64,000 bases of DNA, from positions 21,950,001 through 22,014,000 of the forward strand of contig CM075988.1 of assembly GCA_038087875.1 (NCBI GenBank), in the 5' to 3' direction. The position numbers were made by a program, and so were the translations under genes. Numbering within the stretch: position 1 is the stretch's first letter; each line of letters begins with the position of its first letter. Positions 1 through 13,800 of this stretch are shown one piece after another. A model generated the notes under the pieces. The model worked only from the letters and a program-made list of their open reading frames with translations. It ran no database searches and was not told the origin of the DNA. The DNA is from Malacoraja senta (taxonomy: Eukaryota).

Positions 1-490
1 CCCCTATCCCATCCCCCGGCAATGGAAATCGCAATGTTTCTTTTTAAATGAAGCCCCACCCCCCCCCTCCACAATGAAAAGCGCGATAAAAAAAAAAATA
101 ATAATCAATGAAAATTGTGTTTTTTCTTTAAAATAACCTAAACACAATGTTAGCTGTTAATGAAAACAGAAGAATTTGATTTAAATGATTTTTAAAAAAT
201 AGTGATTTCTCATGTAAATGAGATTCAGGATCACATTGTGATGTCATTGTGACGTTGAAAATGGCTGACGGGCAGGGCAAGTGGAAAAGTGGTTTGAAAA
301 GTGTTTTTTGTAAAGTTTAAAACGTCCATAACTTGTAAAATATAACATCAATCCGAACAAAACTTGGTGCGTAAGGAGGGCCAAAATTGTAGCGCTGTTG
401 TGTACCGTTTTGGCGGGGTTTGGGGATCGCATGCACACGCATGCATACAAACAAACAAACAAGATGAGAGTTTTAGTAATATAGAAAGAT
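1..490 (-). mobile_element. Non-autonomous Helitron-like element fragment (5' end near 490)
   Basis: Reverse complement of the 'tctatattactaaaactctcatcttgttt(gttt)n' start, shared with copies at ~23108, ~25940 and ~26835; family assignment is inferred from the termini of those copies. Confidence 0.5.
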
Positions 491-669
491 ATAGATGGGT
501 CAACGGGCAGCTGGGATTAGTGTAGAGGGGTCATCTTGATTGGCGTGGGCAAGTTGGACCGAATATCCTGTTTCCGTGCTTTATGACTATGACACCATGA
601 CCATGACAAATAATTTGATTATTATCACGTTGTTATGTAAATTACCCTGCAAATCTCACATGCAGGGCC

Positions 670-1246
670 CCAGTGTGAGACCACACCTGGAGTATTGTGT
701 GCAGTTTTGGTCTCCAAATTTGAGGAAGGGCATTCTTGCTATTGAGGGAGTGCAGCGTAGGTTCACGAGGTTAATTCCCGGGATGGCGGGACTGTCATAT
801 GTTGATAGAATGGAGCGGCTGGGTTTGTATACTCTGTAATTTAGAAGGATAAGAGGGGATCTTATTGAAACATATGTGATTATTAATGGTTTGGACATGC
901 TAGAGGCAGGAAACATATTCCCGATGTTGGGGGAGTCCAGAACCAGGGGCCACAGTTTAAGAATAAGGGGTAGGGTAGGCCATTTAGAACGGAGATGAGG
1001 AAACACTTTTTCACCCAGAGATTTGTGAATCTGTGAAAATCTCTGCCTCAGAAGGCAGTGGAGGCCAATTCTCTGGATGCTTTCAAGAGAGAGTTAGATA
1101 GAGTCTTAAAAATAGCAGAGTCAGGGGATATGGGGAGAAGGCAGGAACGGGGTACTGAATGCAGATGATCAGCCAATATCACAGTGAATGGCAGTGCTGG
1201 CTCAAAGGGCCGAATGGCCTACTCCTGCACATATTGTCTATTGTCT
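670..1246 (+). mobile_element. CR1-type LINE 3' fragment
   Basis: RPHLEYCVQFWSP..IEGVQRRFTRLIPGM..RLGLY is the typical CR1 ORF2 C-terminus; ends in a (TATTGTC)n tail. Confidence 0.85.
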
Positions 1247-2477
1247 AAGTTGGCCTAGTCATGTCAAATGTAATTTTTAAATTCTTTAAATAAGTCTAGA
1301 AATTTCCCTTTGCCATTTTTCTCACTTTATGATGAATAGTTATCTCCCTAACTCCTTTGAAAGGCTAAAAGATTGCAAGGTTTATTCTCGCCCATTAAAA
1401 ATGTGTTAGGCTTCAACATAATGTTACTCCATTTCAGAAACAGCCAGAATTACCAGTTGAATTTAGAGTCATAGAGTCATGCAGCACGGAAACTGGCCCT
1501 TCGGCCCGACACCTCCATGCCAACCAAGATGCCCCATCTAAGCTTAGTTTAGTTTATTGTCACGGGTACCGAGGTACAGTGAAAAGCTTTTGTTTTTGTT
1601 GCGTGCTAACCAGACAGTGGAAAGACAATACATTATTACAACCGAGCCATTCACAGTGTACAAGGGAATAACGTTTATTGCAAGATAAAGCCAGTAAAGT
1701 CCGATCAAAGGTAGTCCGAGGGTCATCAAAGAGATAAATTGTAGTTCAGGACTGCTCTCTGGTTGTGGTAGGATGGTTCAGTGGTCTGATAACAGCTGGG
1801 AAGAAACTGTCCCTGAATCTGGAGGTGTGCATTTTCACACTTCTGTACCTTTTGCCAATGGGAGAGGGGAGAAGAGGGAGTGGCCAGAGTGATAAACCCC
1901 ATTTTCCCAGGTCTGACTCATATCCATCTATACCTCTCCTATCTAGCACTCTGAGGAGTGCAGGTAGATGGTTCCTTGAAAGTGGCGTCACAGGTAGATG
2001 GGGTGGTCAAAAAGACTTTTAGCACCTCGGCCTTCATCATTCAGAGTCTTGAGTGTAGAAGTTGGGAGGTCATGTCGCAGTTGTATCAGATGTTGGTGAG
2101 GATCAAGGTCGGCATGGGCCAGTTGGGCCGAAGGTGTGCTGTATGACTCTATGAGATGATCAAAGGGTTGAGCGACCTACTTCTTCTCCTAGTTGATTGT
2201 TTATTTGCGAGGATGTGTTCCTACATCCGGGTATAGTTGGGGAACCTTTGATAATTCAACAGGAAGATTAGCAATAGATGCCGCTGCTGCAGGCGATGCA
2301 AATGGCTGCCACTCCTCCACCAGTGGATCTCTCAGGCCAACAAAACATACAAGCACAACAAACTGGGATCACGTTGCCCTTAGAATTACTTCCTTAGAAG
2401 ACTGAAGTGCTTGAGTACCAGACTGAGGATATTTGGTATGTCGCCAGAATACTCTCTTGAAATTCTGTAGGTGGTGA

Positions 2478-2762
2478 GCGGTACAGTGGCGCCGCGGTAG
2501 AGTTGCTGCCTTACAGCTCCAGAGACCCTGGTTCGATCCTGACTATGGGTGCTGTCTGTATTGAGTTCTCCCTGTGACCCGTTCTCTCCGGGTGCCCCGG
2601 TTTCCTCCCACACTCCAAAGACATACAGGTTGGTAGTTTAATTGGCTTTGGTAAAGATTGTAAATTGCCCCATGTGTGTGTGTGCAGGCTAGAGTTAGTG
2701 TAGGGGGATTGCAGGTCGGTGTGGACTCAGTGGGCAGAACTGTATCTCTAGACTAAACTAAA
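2478..2762 (+). mobile_element. tRNA-derived SINE (V-SINE/HE1-like)
   Basis: tRNA-like head (TGGCGCCGCGG..GGTTCGATCC), conserved core GGTTTCCTCCCACACTCCAAAGAC, (CTAAA)n tail. Confidence 0.75.
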
Positions 2763-3614
2763 AAAAGGATGACACCACTGGCCGCTCAAAGCTCCCTCAC
2801 CATTCAATATGATCACAGCTAATCAGCCACAGGACTCAATTCCACCTCTGCGTCAATTCCCATAGCCCTCAATTCCCCAATCTTTCAAAATATTTGTCCT
2901 CCTCTTCATTAAATACCTCCAGTAACCTAGCCTCCAAAACCAGGGAGCAGAATCGGACTAATCATTTAAGTAACAGTTTTGAAATCTTCTTAGAGAAACC
3001 TGTATCTCTGTCAATGTACAGAGTCATTTCTTAGTGTGCAGGGAGGAACTGCAGATGCTGCTTTACACCAAAGATAGATACAAAATGCTGGAGTAACTCA
3101 ACGGGTCCGACAGCATCTCTGGAGATAAGGAATAGGTGATGTTTTGGGTCGAGACCCTTCTTCAGACCGAGAGTCAGGGAGAGGGAAATGTTTGGTTTGG
3201 TTTATAATTGTCACAAGCCTGATAAAGTCCAATGAAAGATTGATCAAAGGTCTCTAGTGAGGTAGATGAGAGGATAGGGCCATTCTCTAGCTGATGAGAA
3301 GGTAACGGGGCAAGATTTAATGGGAAACCGAGGGACAACTTCTTAAAAGTGCGGGTGTGAGCATATGGAATGAGCTGCCCGCAGAAGTAGTTGAAACAGG
3401 TAAAATACATTTAAAAGACATTTGGACAGGTACATGGATAGGGAAGGTTTAGAGGGAAATGGGCAAATGCAGGCAAATGGGATTAGCCTGGATGGGGAAT
3501 GGACAAGTTGGGCCAAAGGGTTATTTCCATGCTATGTCATTCTATGACTAACCTGATAATCAAATTTGAAAATATGTCTATTTGAAGATGATTATTCGGC
3601 ATTTTTCCTTTTGA

Positions 3615-3843
3615 GAATCTGGGTCTGTGGAATTCTCTGCCTCAGAGGGCGGTGGAGGCCGGTTCTCTGGATGCTTTCAAGAGAGAGCTAGATAGGGCTC
3701 TTAAAAATAGCGGAGTCAGAGGATATGGGGAGTAGGCAGGAACGGGGTACTGATTGGGGATGATCAGCCATGATCACATTGAATGGCGGTGCTGGCTCGG
3801 GGCCAAATGGCCTACTCCTGCACCTATTGTCTATTGTCTATTG
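3615..3843 (+). mobile_element. CR1-type LINE 3' end
   Basis: Same 3' sequence and (TATTGTC)n tail as 670-1246. Confidence 0.75.
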
Positions 3844-4119
3844 AGAATAAACTTGCAGTAGTTCAGCTACACAACACCATGACTGATTCAACTTATCATT
3901 TTACTTCGGAGTCACGTGAGTGACTACGTGAAGAAGACCCCGTCCAGCCGCACACGCGTCATATCATCAGACACATAGCGTTCATGACTGTGTGTGGAGG
4001 AGCAGGAGCTCCTCCAAGCGGTGAGTAAAGCAAAAAGTCAGAAGGTAAGTGCTTTCACTTTCACTTCCAGGAGCGCTTTTTCTCGTCAGACTTGTTGGTG
4101 GAGCTCCACCCAAGTTTAT

Positions 4120-5596
4120 TATGGAGAAAGGGCGTAGGGGAAGGAGACGCACCGCAGGTAAAACCCAAGTTCCCGAGGGTAGCGGGAGTCAGTTAGAGGA
4201 GTCAGTGGCAGCGAGGCCATTAACTCCCGTTGTGGTCGAAAGTGCCGTTATACCGCCTGCGGCAGGGCGCAAGGCAGGACAAAAGTCGGCCCAACCAGTA
4301 GACTCCGATGAGTCAGACCCGGAGGTATACCCTCCTCAGTCAGAAAATATAATGGCTGCTAGGGTCGCGAGTTTGGAACTTCTGATGGGGAAAATTATTT
4401 ATAAAGAACCCCACAGGAGGATTTCAGTCCGTGTTGGCCTATGGAGGATATAGCACAGGGGGTGCCTTGGATGGGACAGGCACAAGGGTGGCCTACAGGA
4501 GAGCCATCAGGAATGCCTGTGCAGAAACAATACAGTGGGTTGGCCTACAGGAGAGCCAGTGCCCGAAATGCCAGCAAAAAGGCAGTATATGTGTTGGCCT
4601 ACCGGAGAGCCAGTACTAGAAATGCCTGAACAAAGGCAGTACAAACATTGGGTGAGAGATGTGCCAGCACCGACAATTGCTAAAGAAAAATGAAGCATTG
4701 GCCTAGAATTGAGCCAGCGCCAGCAGCACCTGAAACAGGGCTGCCTATCCGTGGGCCTACAGGAGAGCCCGCGCAGGGGGAATCTGGCAGAGACCTTACT
4801 ATGCAAGGGCCAATTGAAGGGCCAGGGCTAGACTTACCTGAAACAGGGGAGCCAGAAATTTCCCATCAAGAAGAGGAACATCTAGACTCAGATGATGATT
4901 TGTATGAGGACCAGAGCCCATTATCAGAGCTCAAAGTTCCAGGGCTGGCACAAAAGTTTGCTGTTCCCAGAGTAACAGGGGAACCTTTGAGAGAGGAAAT
5001 AGCAATGACTATAAATTATCTGCTCTCCCATCAGCTCCAGGAATTAACTATGGATGAGACTTAAAAAATATGAGACCCCGGCAAATTGTTGATCTGCTAG
5101 CTGTCCCAGCGGTGAATAACTTGATATGGGGCTATTTCAGCATTGGATTACGCTCACAAGAATTGAAATTACAACGAGTGCTGAGATTGCTGGGGTCAGG
5201 CATTACGGCGTTCGCCAGGGGGTTGGATGAAGATTTTATATCTGATTCACAACAAGATGCTTTAGCACTCATGTGTAGTGCGCACTTTGAAATAAACTGT
5301 ATTCGTAAAAGTGCAATAAGACCGAATATTCATCCTAAGTATGCAGGCTCTGTAAACCATCCAATGTACAAATGCCTAATCTGCTTTTTGGAGAAAATCT
5401 AGCAAAGAAGCTAAAAGACCTAAATGAAGAGTCAAAAACCATGAGTGGTATGATGATGAAACCACCTGTGCTGAGCCAGAAGGCAGTATCCCTACAGACG
5501 GAATGCTGGTGCTGGAGAAGGAACAAGCCGATCATTCTCGTATACACATTGACGTGCTGCACCGGGGATGCGTGGAGGTTACAATGTGCCTACTAG
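4120..5596 (+). pseudogene. DIRS gag-like ORF1, fragmented
   Basis: Consecutive ORF pieces 4049-4453, 4441-4629, 4690-5064, 5070-5402 and 5372-5596 (LAVPAVNNLIW, LLFGENLAK) lie upstream of RT. Confidence 0.6.
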
Positions 5597-7564
5597 AAGG
5601 GGACAACATTTGCCGATGGCAAACCCCAAGGTAGGGGGGTCTGGTCTGGTAAGAAACACAACTAATGTTTTACACTCACAAGCAGGGGGAAGATTACGAT
5701 TCTTCCTAAAAGAATGGCAATTAATAACCAATGATTCGTTTATACTGTGCAGCATTGTGGGATTTAAAATTGAGTTCTATCTACATTTGGATCCTCCTAC
5801 TCAGCATATTTCAAACCGGTCACGTATTTTCTCAAAGGAAGAGAATACGCAGATCGAGGGAGAATTGAAAATTTTATGCGACAAAGGGGTAATAGAAAAG
5901 TCAGTAGTACAACACCATCGGTTTGTGTCAAGTATTTTTCCTAGAACAAAAAAGGATGGTGGATGTAGAATTATTCTGGATCTGACAAGTCTTAACCTTT
6001 TTGTACAATATAAACATTTCAAAATGGAAACATTTACTAATGCCATTCAGCTGGTCACAAGAAATTGCTACATGGCAAGCATAGATCTGCAAGATGCATA
6101 TTATTCTGTGGCAATGCATGGTAATGATCAAAGATATTTAAAATTTAGATGGAAGAGTCAGTTATGGCAATTTAAAGCATTGGCCAATGGTCTGACTTCA
6201 GCACCAAGGTTATTTACAAAATTACTCAAACCAATTTTAGCTCTGCTAAGAGCTGAGGGCCATGTATTAATGGCTTAGTTGGATGATATTCTGATTGTGG
6301 GGGACACTTTGGCTACTGCAAAGTTGTCAGTATCAAGAGTTAAGTAAATGTTTGAAAAAATGGGCTTCATTATTCACCCACAAAAATCGAAATTATTACC
6401 AAGCAATAAGATTGATTACCTAGGGTTCACAATTAACTCAGAACACATGGTAATCACCTTGCCAAAAGACAAAATGCTGCAGTTAATTGAAGGTTGCACT
6501 AAACTCATAAATGAGTACAAACCTTCAATTAGACAAGTGGCAAGCTTGCTGCGCAAATTAATTGCTGCTTTTCCAGCTGTAAGATTTGGACCATTGCATT
6601 ATCAGCATTTGCAGAGGGCTAAGGTACAAGCATTAAAGATGAATGCAGGGCATTTTCACAGGCCCATGCAATTGACAATTGAACCCATTACCGAAATAGA
6701 ATGGTGGATTAACAATGTCTCTAATGCTTCCAGAAAAGTTTTGGTAGAAACACCTTCCGTTATTCTACAGACTGATGTAAGTGCTCTAGGATGGGGTGCA
6801 ATGCAACTAACGTGGTTTCCAGCTGTGGAGGTAGGTGGAATGTGGATGAAGTACCTTTACTTGAAAATCAAGGTATAAATTACCTAGAGCTGTTAGGAGC
6901 ATTTTATGGGCTTAAAGCTTATTGCACTAATATGGGAAATGTGCATGTTCAGGTACAGGTTGACAATACTACAGCTGTAGCATACATAAATCACATGGGT
7001 GGTATCAAGTCAGAATCATGTGATAGATTGGCAAATGAAATTTGGACCTGGTGTATTGCAAGGAAAATTTGGCTGTCAGCAATATATTTACCAGGAAAAT
7101 TTAACATAATTGCAGACAAAAGGTCACGTAAATTTAATGATAATACAGAATGGATGTTGCATCATGAAATATTTAAGCAAATTGTAGCACAATTTGGAAT
7201 GCCAGAGATTGATTTGTTTGCATCAAGACTTAACCACCAATTGCCTAAGTATGTGTCATGGGAACCTGATCGTGGTGCAGTAGCGGTGGATGCTTTCTCG
7301 CTACATTGGGGTGATATGTTTCTGTATGCATTTCCTCCATTTTGTTTAATCAATCGATGCATACAGAAAATTAAACAGGAATCAGCCTCGGGGACTTTGG
7401 TGGTGCCAGATTGGCCTACACAGCTATGGTACCCACTGGTGTTAAACATGATCAAAAAAACCCTTATGGTTATTCCAAAGCAGGTGAAACTGCTTGTAAA
7501 CCCTGTAACTAATGAACCACATCCTTTACATGATCGTATTGGTTTGTTGATTTGCAGATTCTGA
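5568..7564 (+). pseudogene. DIRS RT / RNase H / methyltransferase-like ORF, disrupted
   Basis: GGRL..F..EW, RIILDL, HFKME, SIDLQDAY, GLTSAPRLFTK; the YLDD Tyr is replaced by TAG at 6276-6278; TDVSALGWG, INYLEL, DNTTAVAYINHMGG, DLFASRLN, YAFPP. Confidence 0.9.
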
Positions 7565-8167
7565 AAAGGCCATATCTTGGAAGAGGATTATCAGACCGTA
7601 CGGTGGATGTTATGGCAGCAGCCTGGAGGAATAGTACCCAGAAGCAGTACATTTCTTATATAAAGAAATGGGAGGTGTTCTGTTCAGAAAAGAATATTGC
7701 ATATAACATAGCAGAAATTTCAGATGTATTAGAGTTTCTTTCAACTCTTTACTTCGAATTAAAATTAAGTTATAGTGCAAACAATACTGCACAAAGTGCA
7801 CTCTGCATATTTAAGCAGTGAATCAGAACAAAATCCAATAGGATCACATCCTTGGGTCTGTAGGTTTATGAAGGGAATTTCAACTCCAATCCTCCTAGAC
7901 CTAGGTATACAGAAATCTGGAATGTAAAAGATGTACTGATGCTGCTGCGTGAATGGAATCCTATTGAAACTCTGTCATTGGCCAAAATTACCATGAAGTT
8001 GGTTATGCTCATGGCGTTAGTTTCAGCTCAGAGAGTTCAAACATTACAGAAATTAAGAATAGACGGAATGAAAGTAGGGGCAGATGCTGTTACATTCTAT
8101 GTCTATGATTTACTGAAACAAAGTAGACCTGGGTTCACGGGATGTAAGTTGGGGTTTTCAGCATATC
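7552..8167 (+). pseudogene. DIRS tyrosine recombinase, N-terminal part, disrupted
   Basis: AAWRNSTQKQY..W..FC SAM-like N-domain, then KLVMLMALVSAQRVQTL with the catalytic Arg; frameshifted and runs into the N gap. Confidence 0.85.
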
Positions 8168-8367
8168 NNNNNNNNNNNNNNNNNNNNNNNNNNNNNNNNN
8201 NNNNNNNNNNNNNNNNNNNNNNNNNNNNNNNNNNNNNNNNNNNNNNNNNNNNNNNNNNNNNNNNNNNNNNNNNNNNNNNNNNNNNNNNNNNNNNNNNNNN
8301 NNNNNNNNNNNNNNNNNNNNNNNNNNNNNNNNNNNNNNNNNNNNNNNNNNNNNNNNNNNNNNNNNNN
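8168..8367. other. Assembly gap (200 N)
   Basis: Run of N. Confidence 1.
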
Positions 8368-9202
8368 GTACCTGTTCCCCTTCTGCCCCCTCTGAAACAC
8401 CAAGAATCCTCAGATTCTGGCGTCTAGAACGAGCTTCCAGGTCCAGGCATTTGAATGAGACTTTCTCTAATTGAGTCCCCATTTGTAGTGATGCTTGTTC
8501 GTTTTCTCGCCTCATTTGCTCATGTTCTTGCCTCAATTTCGCCATGTCTTCAACCAGTCGTGCCGTATTTTTCTCCAATTCCGTGATTGTCTGCATACTT
8601 GCAGCTACTGTTTCAAGTACAGCCGTGAACTTATCCGTAGTAATTACATCCATCTTATCCATTTTCTCTGATAGTCCATCTTTCAACTCATCAATTCGTT
8701 TATTCATAGTGTCCAGTAAATCCGTCATATTCTTCTGGTTACCAGCATTTAAATCCTTCATCATCTTCTGCATTCCTTCCATCATTTTTGCCGAATTTTC
8801 CTTCATTTCCTTCTTATCTTCCACCCTATTATCCGAGATCTCATCTTTCAAATTTTTCATTGATTTTTTCAAGTCATCAAAGTCTTTCTTAGATCTTGTA
8901 TCCATTTCTGCAGCCACTTCAGAGACTTCAGAGGTAACTTCAGTTTCGAACTGTTTCGACAGTTTATTCACAGCTCTCTGAGGGCTCACAGCTGGAGTCA
9001 ATTTACTCATTTAAAGGGCTTCAAACCACCGTTTAAAACATCGCGTTTAACGATGACGTCATCAGCGCGGTAACCAGAAGCTCCGGTAAGGTTTTTAAAA
9101 ACAATCCCGATTTTCGGACCCGTTTTACACGATAAATCGTGAAGTTTTTCGGGAGAGGAGCTGGGTGCACGTCTGTTAGTCTAACATGACGCCACCGGAA
9201 GT
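8368..9202 (-). mobile_element. L1 5'UTR plus partial ORF1 (second copy, truncated by gap)
   Basis: Essentially identical to 15901-16735; ORF1 start at 9010. Confidence 0.9.
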
Positions 9203-10453
9203 ATAGATTGATAGATAGATAAATTAATATGTAAATTGGAAAAAAGAAAAAAGGAAAGAAGGGAAAGGAAGAAGGAAAAAGAAAAGAAAGAATTTCGAAA
9301 AAGATACGAAAAAGAAAAAAGAAAAACCCCTGAACTAACGAAGAAGTGAAAAAAAGCGGGATATATCCCACTACCCTTCCCTTCGCCCGCTCACCCGACC
9401 CTAGCGTTGGTTTTGAATTTGTGTTCAACCATTATGTTGTTGAAGATATTCAATGAAAGGAGACCATATTTGGAAAATTGATCTAATTTGTCAGACAAAA
9501 CAAGCCTTATTTTTTCTAAATGTAGTGTCTCGGTCATTTCTGTGATCCACATCTTCACTGTGGGGACTGTTATCCTTTTCCAGAATTTAAGTATAAGTTT
9601 TTTCGCAGTTATTAAACCATAGTCAAGGAAGCGTCTTTGGAATATCGTTAACTTAGAGCAGCCCTCTGACATCCCCAATATTATTAATTTTGAATCTGGC
9701 TACAATTGAATTTTGAGTGTTTTAGAAATGGTATTGAATATTCCAGTCCAGAAGTTTTGTATTTTTATACAGGTACAAAAGAATGGATTAGGGTAGCTTC
9801 TTGGAAGTGACATTTATCACAGAGAGGGGAGACAGTTGGGATGATCTTGTTCAATTTGGTCTTTGAGTAGTATAACCTATGCAATACTTAGAATTGTATC
9901 AGGCAATGCCTGGCATTTAAAGAACAGTAGTGTATGTATAGTAGGCTTTCCTCCCAAATATCTTTCGAAATGGGTAAACCCAGCTCGTCCTCCCATGCTC
10001 GCCTATAAATCTCAGAAGGTGGGGTGTCAATATTTAGAAGAGTGTTATAAATGTAAGATCAACTTACTTGTATCGACATGTCTATTCAAACAATCGTCTA
10101 ATATATCTGGACCCATAAGAGGACAGTCTTGTGTATATGTTTTCACATAATCTCGATTTGAAGGTATCTAAACAAATTGTTGGCGTTCAAGTGATATTTC
10201 TCCTGGAGTTCTTGAAAAGAAGAGAGAGTCCCCTTCTTATAAAGGTCTCCCACAGTATTAATTCCCAGGTTCTTCCATTGAACACCATATCTAAAAGCAG
10301 ACGGTTTAAACAAGGGATTGTTTGCAATAGGAAGAAGGAGAGACATGTTATTCAATTTTTTTATTAAAAAAAATTTTTTTTTTATAAGCAATGCACAGTA
10401 GTATAAACCAAGAATAACATAATACATTTCATGTACAACTTCTTGTTTTAAAA
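9203..10453 (-). mobile_element. Older L1 ORF2 3'/3'UTR fragments (duplicate of 16736-17987)
   Basis: LITAKKLILKFWK..LHLEKIR and LLPIANNPLF motifs are homologous to the ORF2 C-terminus; frameshifted. Confidence 0.85.
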
Positions 10454-10875
10454 TTTTTTTTTTTTTTTTTTTTTTTAATTTTTATTTATTAGAAGTACAT
10501 TACATCACAGCCACATACATTAATACTCGTCATTTATATCTTCTTACAATTAATGTACTCCCTTTATTTTATTTTTTTTACACTAAAGAAAGAAAAGATT
10601 GAAAGAGAGAAGAAAGTGAAGGAAAAAGTGCAAGTGTAGAAAAGTGTAGAAAATGTAACAACAAAAAAAAAGGACGAGGACCCTATGAGAGCGAAATTAA
10701 AAACAAAAAGAAAAAGAGTTAAGAAATAGGCCCTAAGAAAAGAAAAGAGAGAGAGAAAAAAAGAAAAACAAATGTTTTTTTTTGAGCATCACGTAAATAG
10801 GACATACCAACTCTTCAACTATCATCCCCCCTTACCCGACCTCAATTTTTTATTTTTTTAAAGTACTTTTGCACC

Positions 10876-13800
10876 CTATGTTTGTAATAATTCTATAAAT
10901 GCAGACCACGTCAGGTGGAAGTGATCTGGTTTACCTGCTAGGAGGAGTCTTATCTCTTCAAGGTGTAGTGTTTCAAACATATTTGAAATCCACATATTTA
11001 TAGTTGGTATTGGAGCCTTCTTCCAAAATTTTAGAATTAGCTTTTTTCCAGTTATTAACCCATAATCCATTAATTTCTTTTGAAACACATTTAGTTCTGG
11101 ATCATCTTCCGTTATTCCGAAGATAATCCATTCTGCTTTGGGTATCAGTCTTGTTTTAAATAACTTTGTAAAGATTTCAAAAATTTCATTCCAAAATTTT
11201 TGAATTTTTGTACAGAAGACAAATGAGTGCGCTATAGTTGCTTCTTGGGATTGACATTTATCACAAATAGATGATACGTTTGGGAAAATTTTATGAATTT
11301 TAGTTTTCGAATAATATAATCTATGTAAAATTTTAAATTGTATTAAAGTGTGTCTTACATTAATCGAGCATTTATGTACTTTTAATAAGTATTCATTCCA
11401 ACTTTCCTTTGAAATTTTAATAGCTAACTCTTGTTCCCAGTCTCTTCTGATACCCTCCGTAGATGGTATTTGTACATTTAAGATAATATTGTACAAATAT
11501 GATATTAAGTTTGCTGATTCCGCTTTTGTCTGCATTGCCTCGTCCAGTACATCTGCTGGGTTATTATGATGATCTTTTATATATTTTTTCAAATAGTCGC
11601 ATATTTGAAAGTATTTAAAATATTGATTATTTCCGAGTTTATATTTTATTTGTAATTGTTGAAATGAAAGTAATTTTCCAGTTTCATACAAGTCACCAAG
11701 CGTTTTAATTCCTAGTCTATCCCATTGTGTATAAGCTTTATCTATAATAGAAGGACTAAACGAAGGGTTATTGACTATAGGTAATAAAAGTGATAAGTTT
11801 CTTAATTTTAAATTTTGTTTTATTTGTTTCCAAATACGGATTGTACTATGAATAATTGGGTTCTTATTATAGTTTATGTTATTCAATTTCATTGGAGAGA
11901 GGAGGATCGCTCCAATGTTTCTAGAGGAGCAATCCTCTTTCTCCATTACAATCCAGTCTACTTGCTGGGCGGAGTTATCCATCAGTTGAATCATGTTTTT
12001 AATATTTACTGACCAATAATAATACATAAAATTGGGTAGTGCTAGACCCCCCAATACTTTAGATTTATTCAGATGGGTTTTTTGTATTCTATGTGATTTA
12101 TAGTCCCATATAAAATTAGTGATATCTGAGTCGAGTTTTTTAAAAAACTTCTTAGGTAAGTATATAGGAATTGATTGAAATAGGTATAAAATTTGTGGTA
12201 AAAAGATCATTTTTATTGCGTTTATTCGGCCTATTAAAGACATCGGAAGCGTTTTCCAGAATTTAATTAATGTATTCAGTTTATTAAGTAGGGGGTCAAA
12301 ATTTGCCCTGAGCATACCTTGATATGCTCTGGTAATTTCGATTCCCAAATATTTAAATTTTTCTGTAGCTATTTTAAAAGGGAATTTTAAAAGATGTGTT
12401 GAATCTTTCGGTTTTATTGACATAATTTCACTTTTATTCCAATTTATTCTATATCCAGAAAAAGATCCGAAGTCTTCAATTAAATTTAATATATTTGGTA
12501 TAGTGATTTGAGGTTTTGTAATATACAATAATATATCATCCGCGTATAAAGATATTTTATTATATGAGTCTTTAGTATTATATCCATGAATATCAGGGTG
12601 TATTCTAATTTTTTCTGCTAGCGGTTCAATAATGAGAGCAAACAGCTGTGGTGATAATGAGCATCCTTGTCTATTTCCCCTTGATAGTTGAAATTTCGAG
12701 GATAATATGTTATTAGTAAGTATTCTAGCTGTAGGTTTGTTATATAGTAACTTAATCCATAAAATAAAATTCTCTCCCAGTTGAAATTTTTGTAATACTT
12801 TATCCATATAATTCCATTCTACTTGATCAAATGCTTTTTCAGCATCCAGCGAAATAATTGATAATTCTTGATCTTCAGATTTGTGTGAGTGCATTATGTT
12901 GAGTAGACGTCTCATATTATTAGAAGAGTATCTCTTAGGGATAAACCCTGTCTGATCTGGGTTTATTAATTTACTAATGTATTTACTTAATCTTCTGGCT
13001 AATGTTTTCGCTAATATTTTTTGATCTGTGTTTAACAATGCTATAGCTCTATATGAGCCAGGTTCTTCTAAATCCTTATTTTTCTTAGGTATTAATGTAA
13101 TCGTTGATTCCGCTAATGTATCAGGTAGTATTCGTTTTTTAAAAGCGTATTGGTACATTTTTTGTAATCTTGGTATTATTTTATCATAAAAGTTTTTATA
13201 AAATTCATTAGTAAATCCATCAGGGCCTGGTGTTTTTCCATTTTTTAGTGAGTTTATTGTATCTTCTAATTCCTTAATTGAGATTTGTGCACCCAGTTCC
13301 TCTTGTTCCTTCAGCTCTAACTTTGGAAGATTACAGGTATCCAAGAACTTTGTGATATTATTGGAATCAATTATCGTTTTAGATGTATACAAATTCTCGT
13401 AAAATTGCGCAAATCTTTTATTAATATCCTTCGGTGTTGTTAATAATTCCCCTTTATCTGATTTGATCTTTGGTATAGTATGTTCCTTTTCTCGTTTTTT
13501 TAGCTGGCGAGCCAAAAGTTTATGCGGTTTATCCCCAAATTCAAAGTGCTCTTGTTTTGTAATTTGAAAAAGTCTTATAAGTTTGGCAGATAATAATTTA
13601 TTTAATTTAAATTTTAAAATTATTATTTTATTATGTTTATCTATTGTTGGATCTTTAGCATTATCTATATCCATTTGTCTAATAAGTTCTTCTAACTGTC
13701 TTTGTTCATTCTTATTCTTTTTATTTTGAAAAGCTTGATATGAAATTATAATACTCCTAATGTATGCTTTAAAAGATTCCCAAAGTAAAGTAGGCGATAT

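Larger units (their letters stand above)
3886..8167 (+). mobile_element. DIRS1-like tyrosine-recombinase retrotransposon, decayed, truncated by gap
   Basis: Domain order gag-like, RT, RNase H, methyltransferase-like (DLFAS, YAFPP), then overlapping YR; multiple stops and frameshifts. Confidence 0.9.

Noticed and set aside
2478..2560. tRNA gene
   Set aside because: This is the tRNA-like head of a SINE, continuing into the SINE core and tail; many degenerate copies occur in the window.
7939..9010. ORFs spanning the first gap (apparent YR/L1 fusions)
   Set aside because: Artefacts of translating through 200 N; the two sides belong to different elements on opposite strands.
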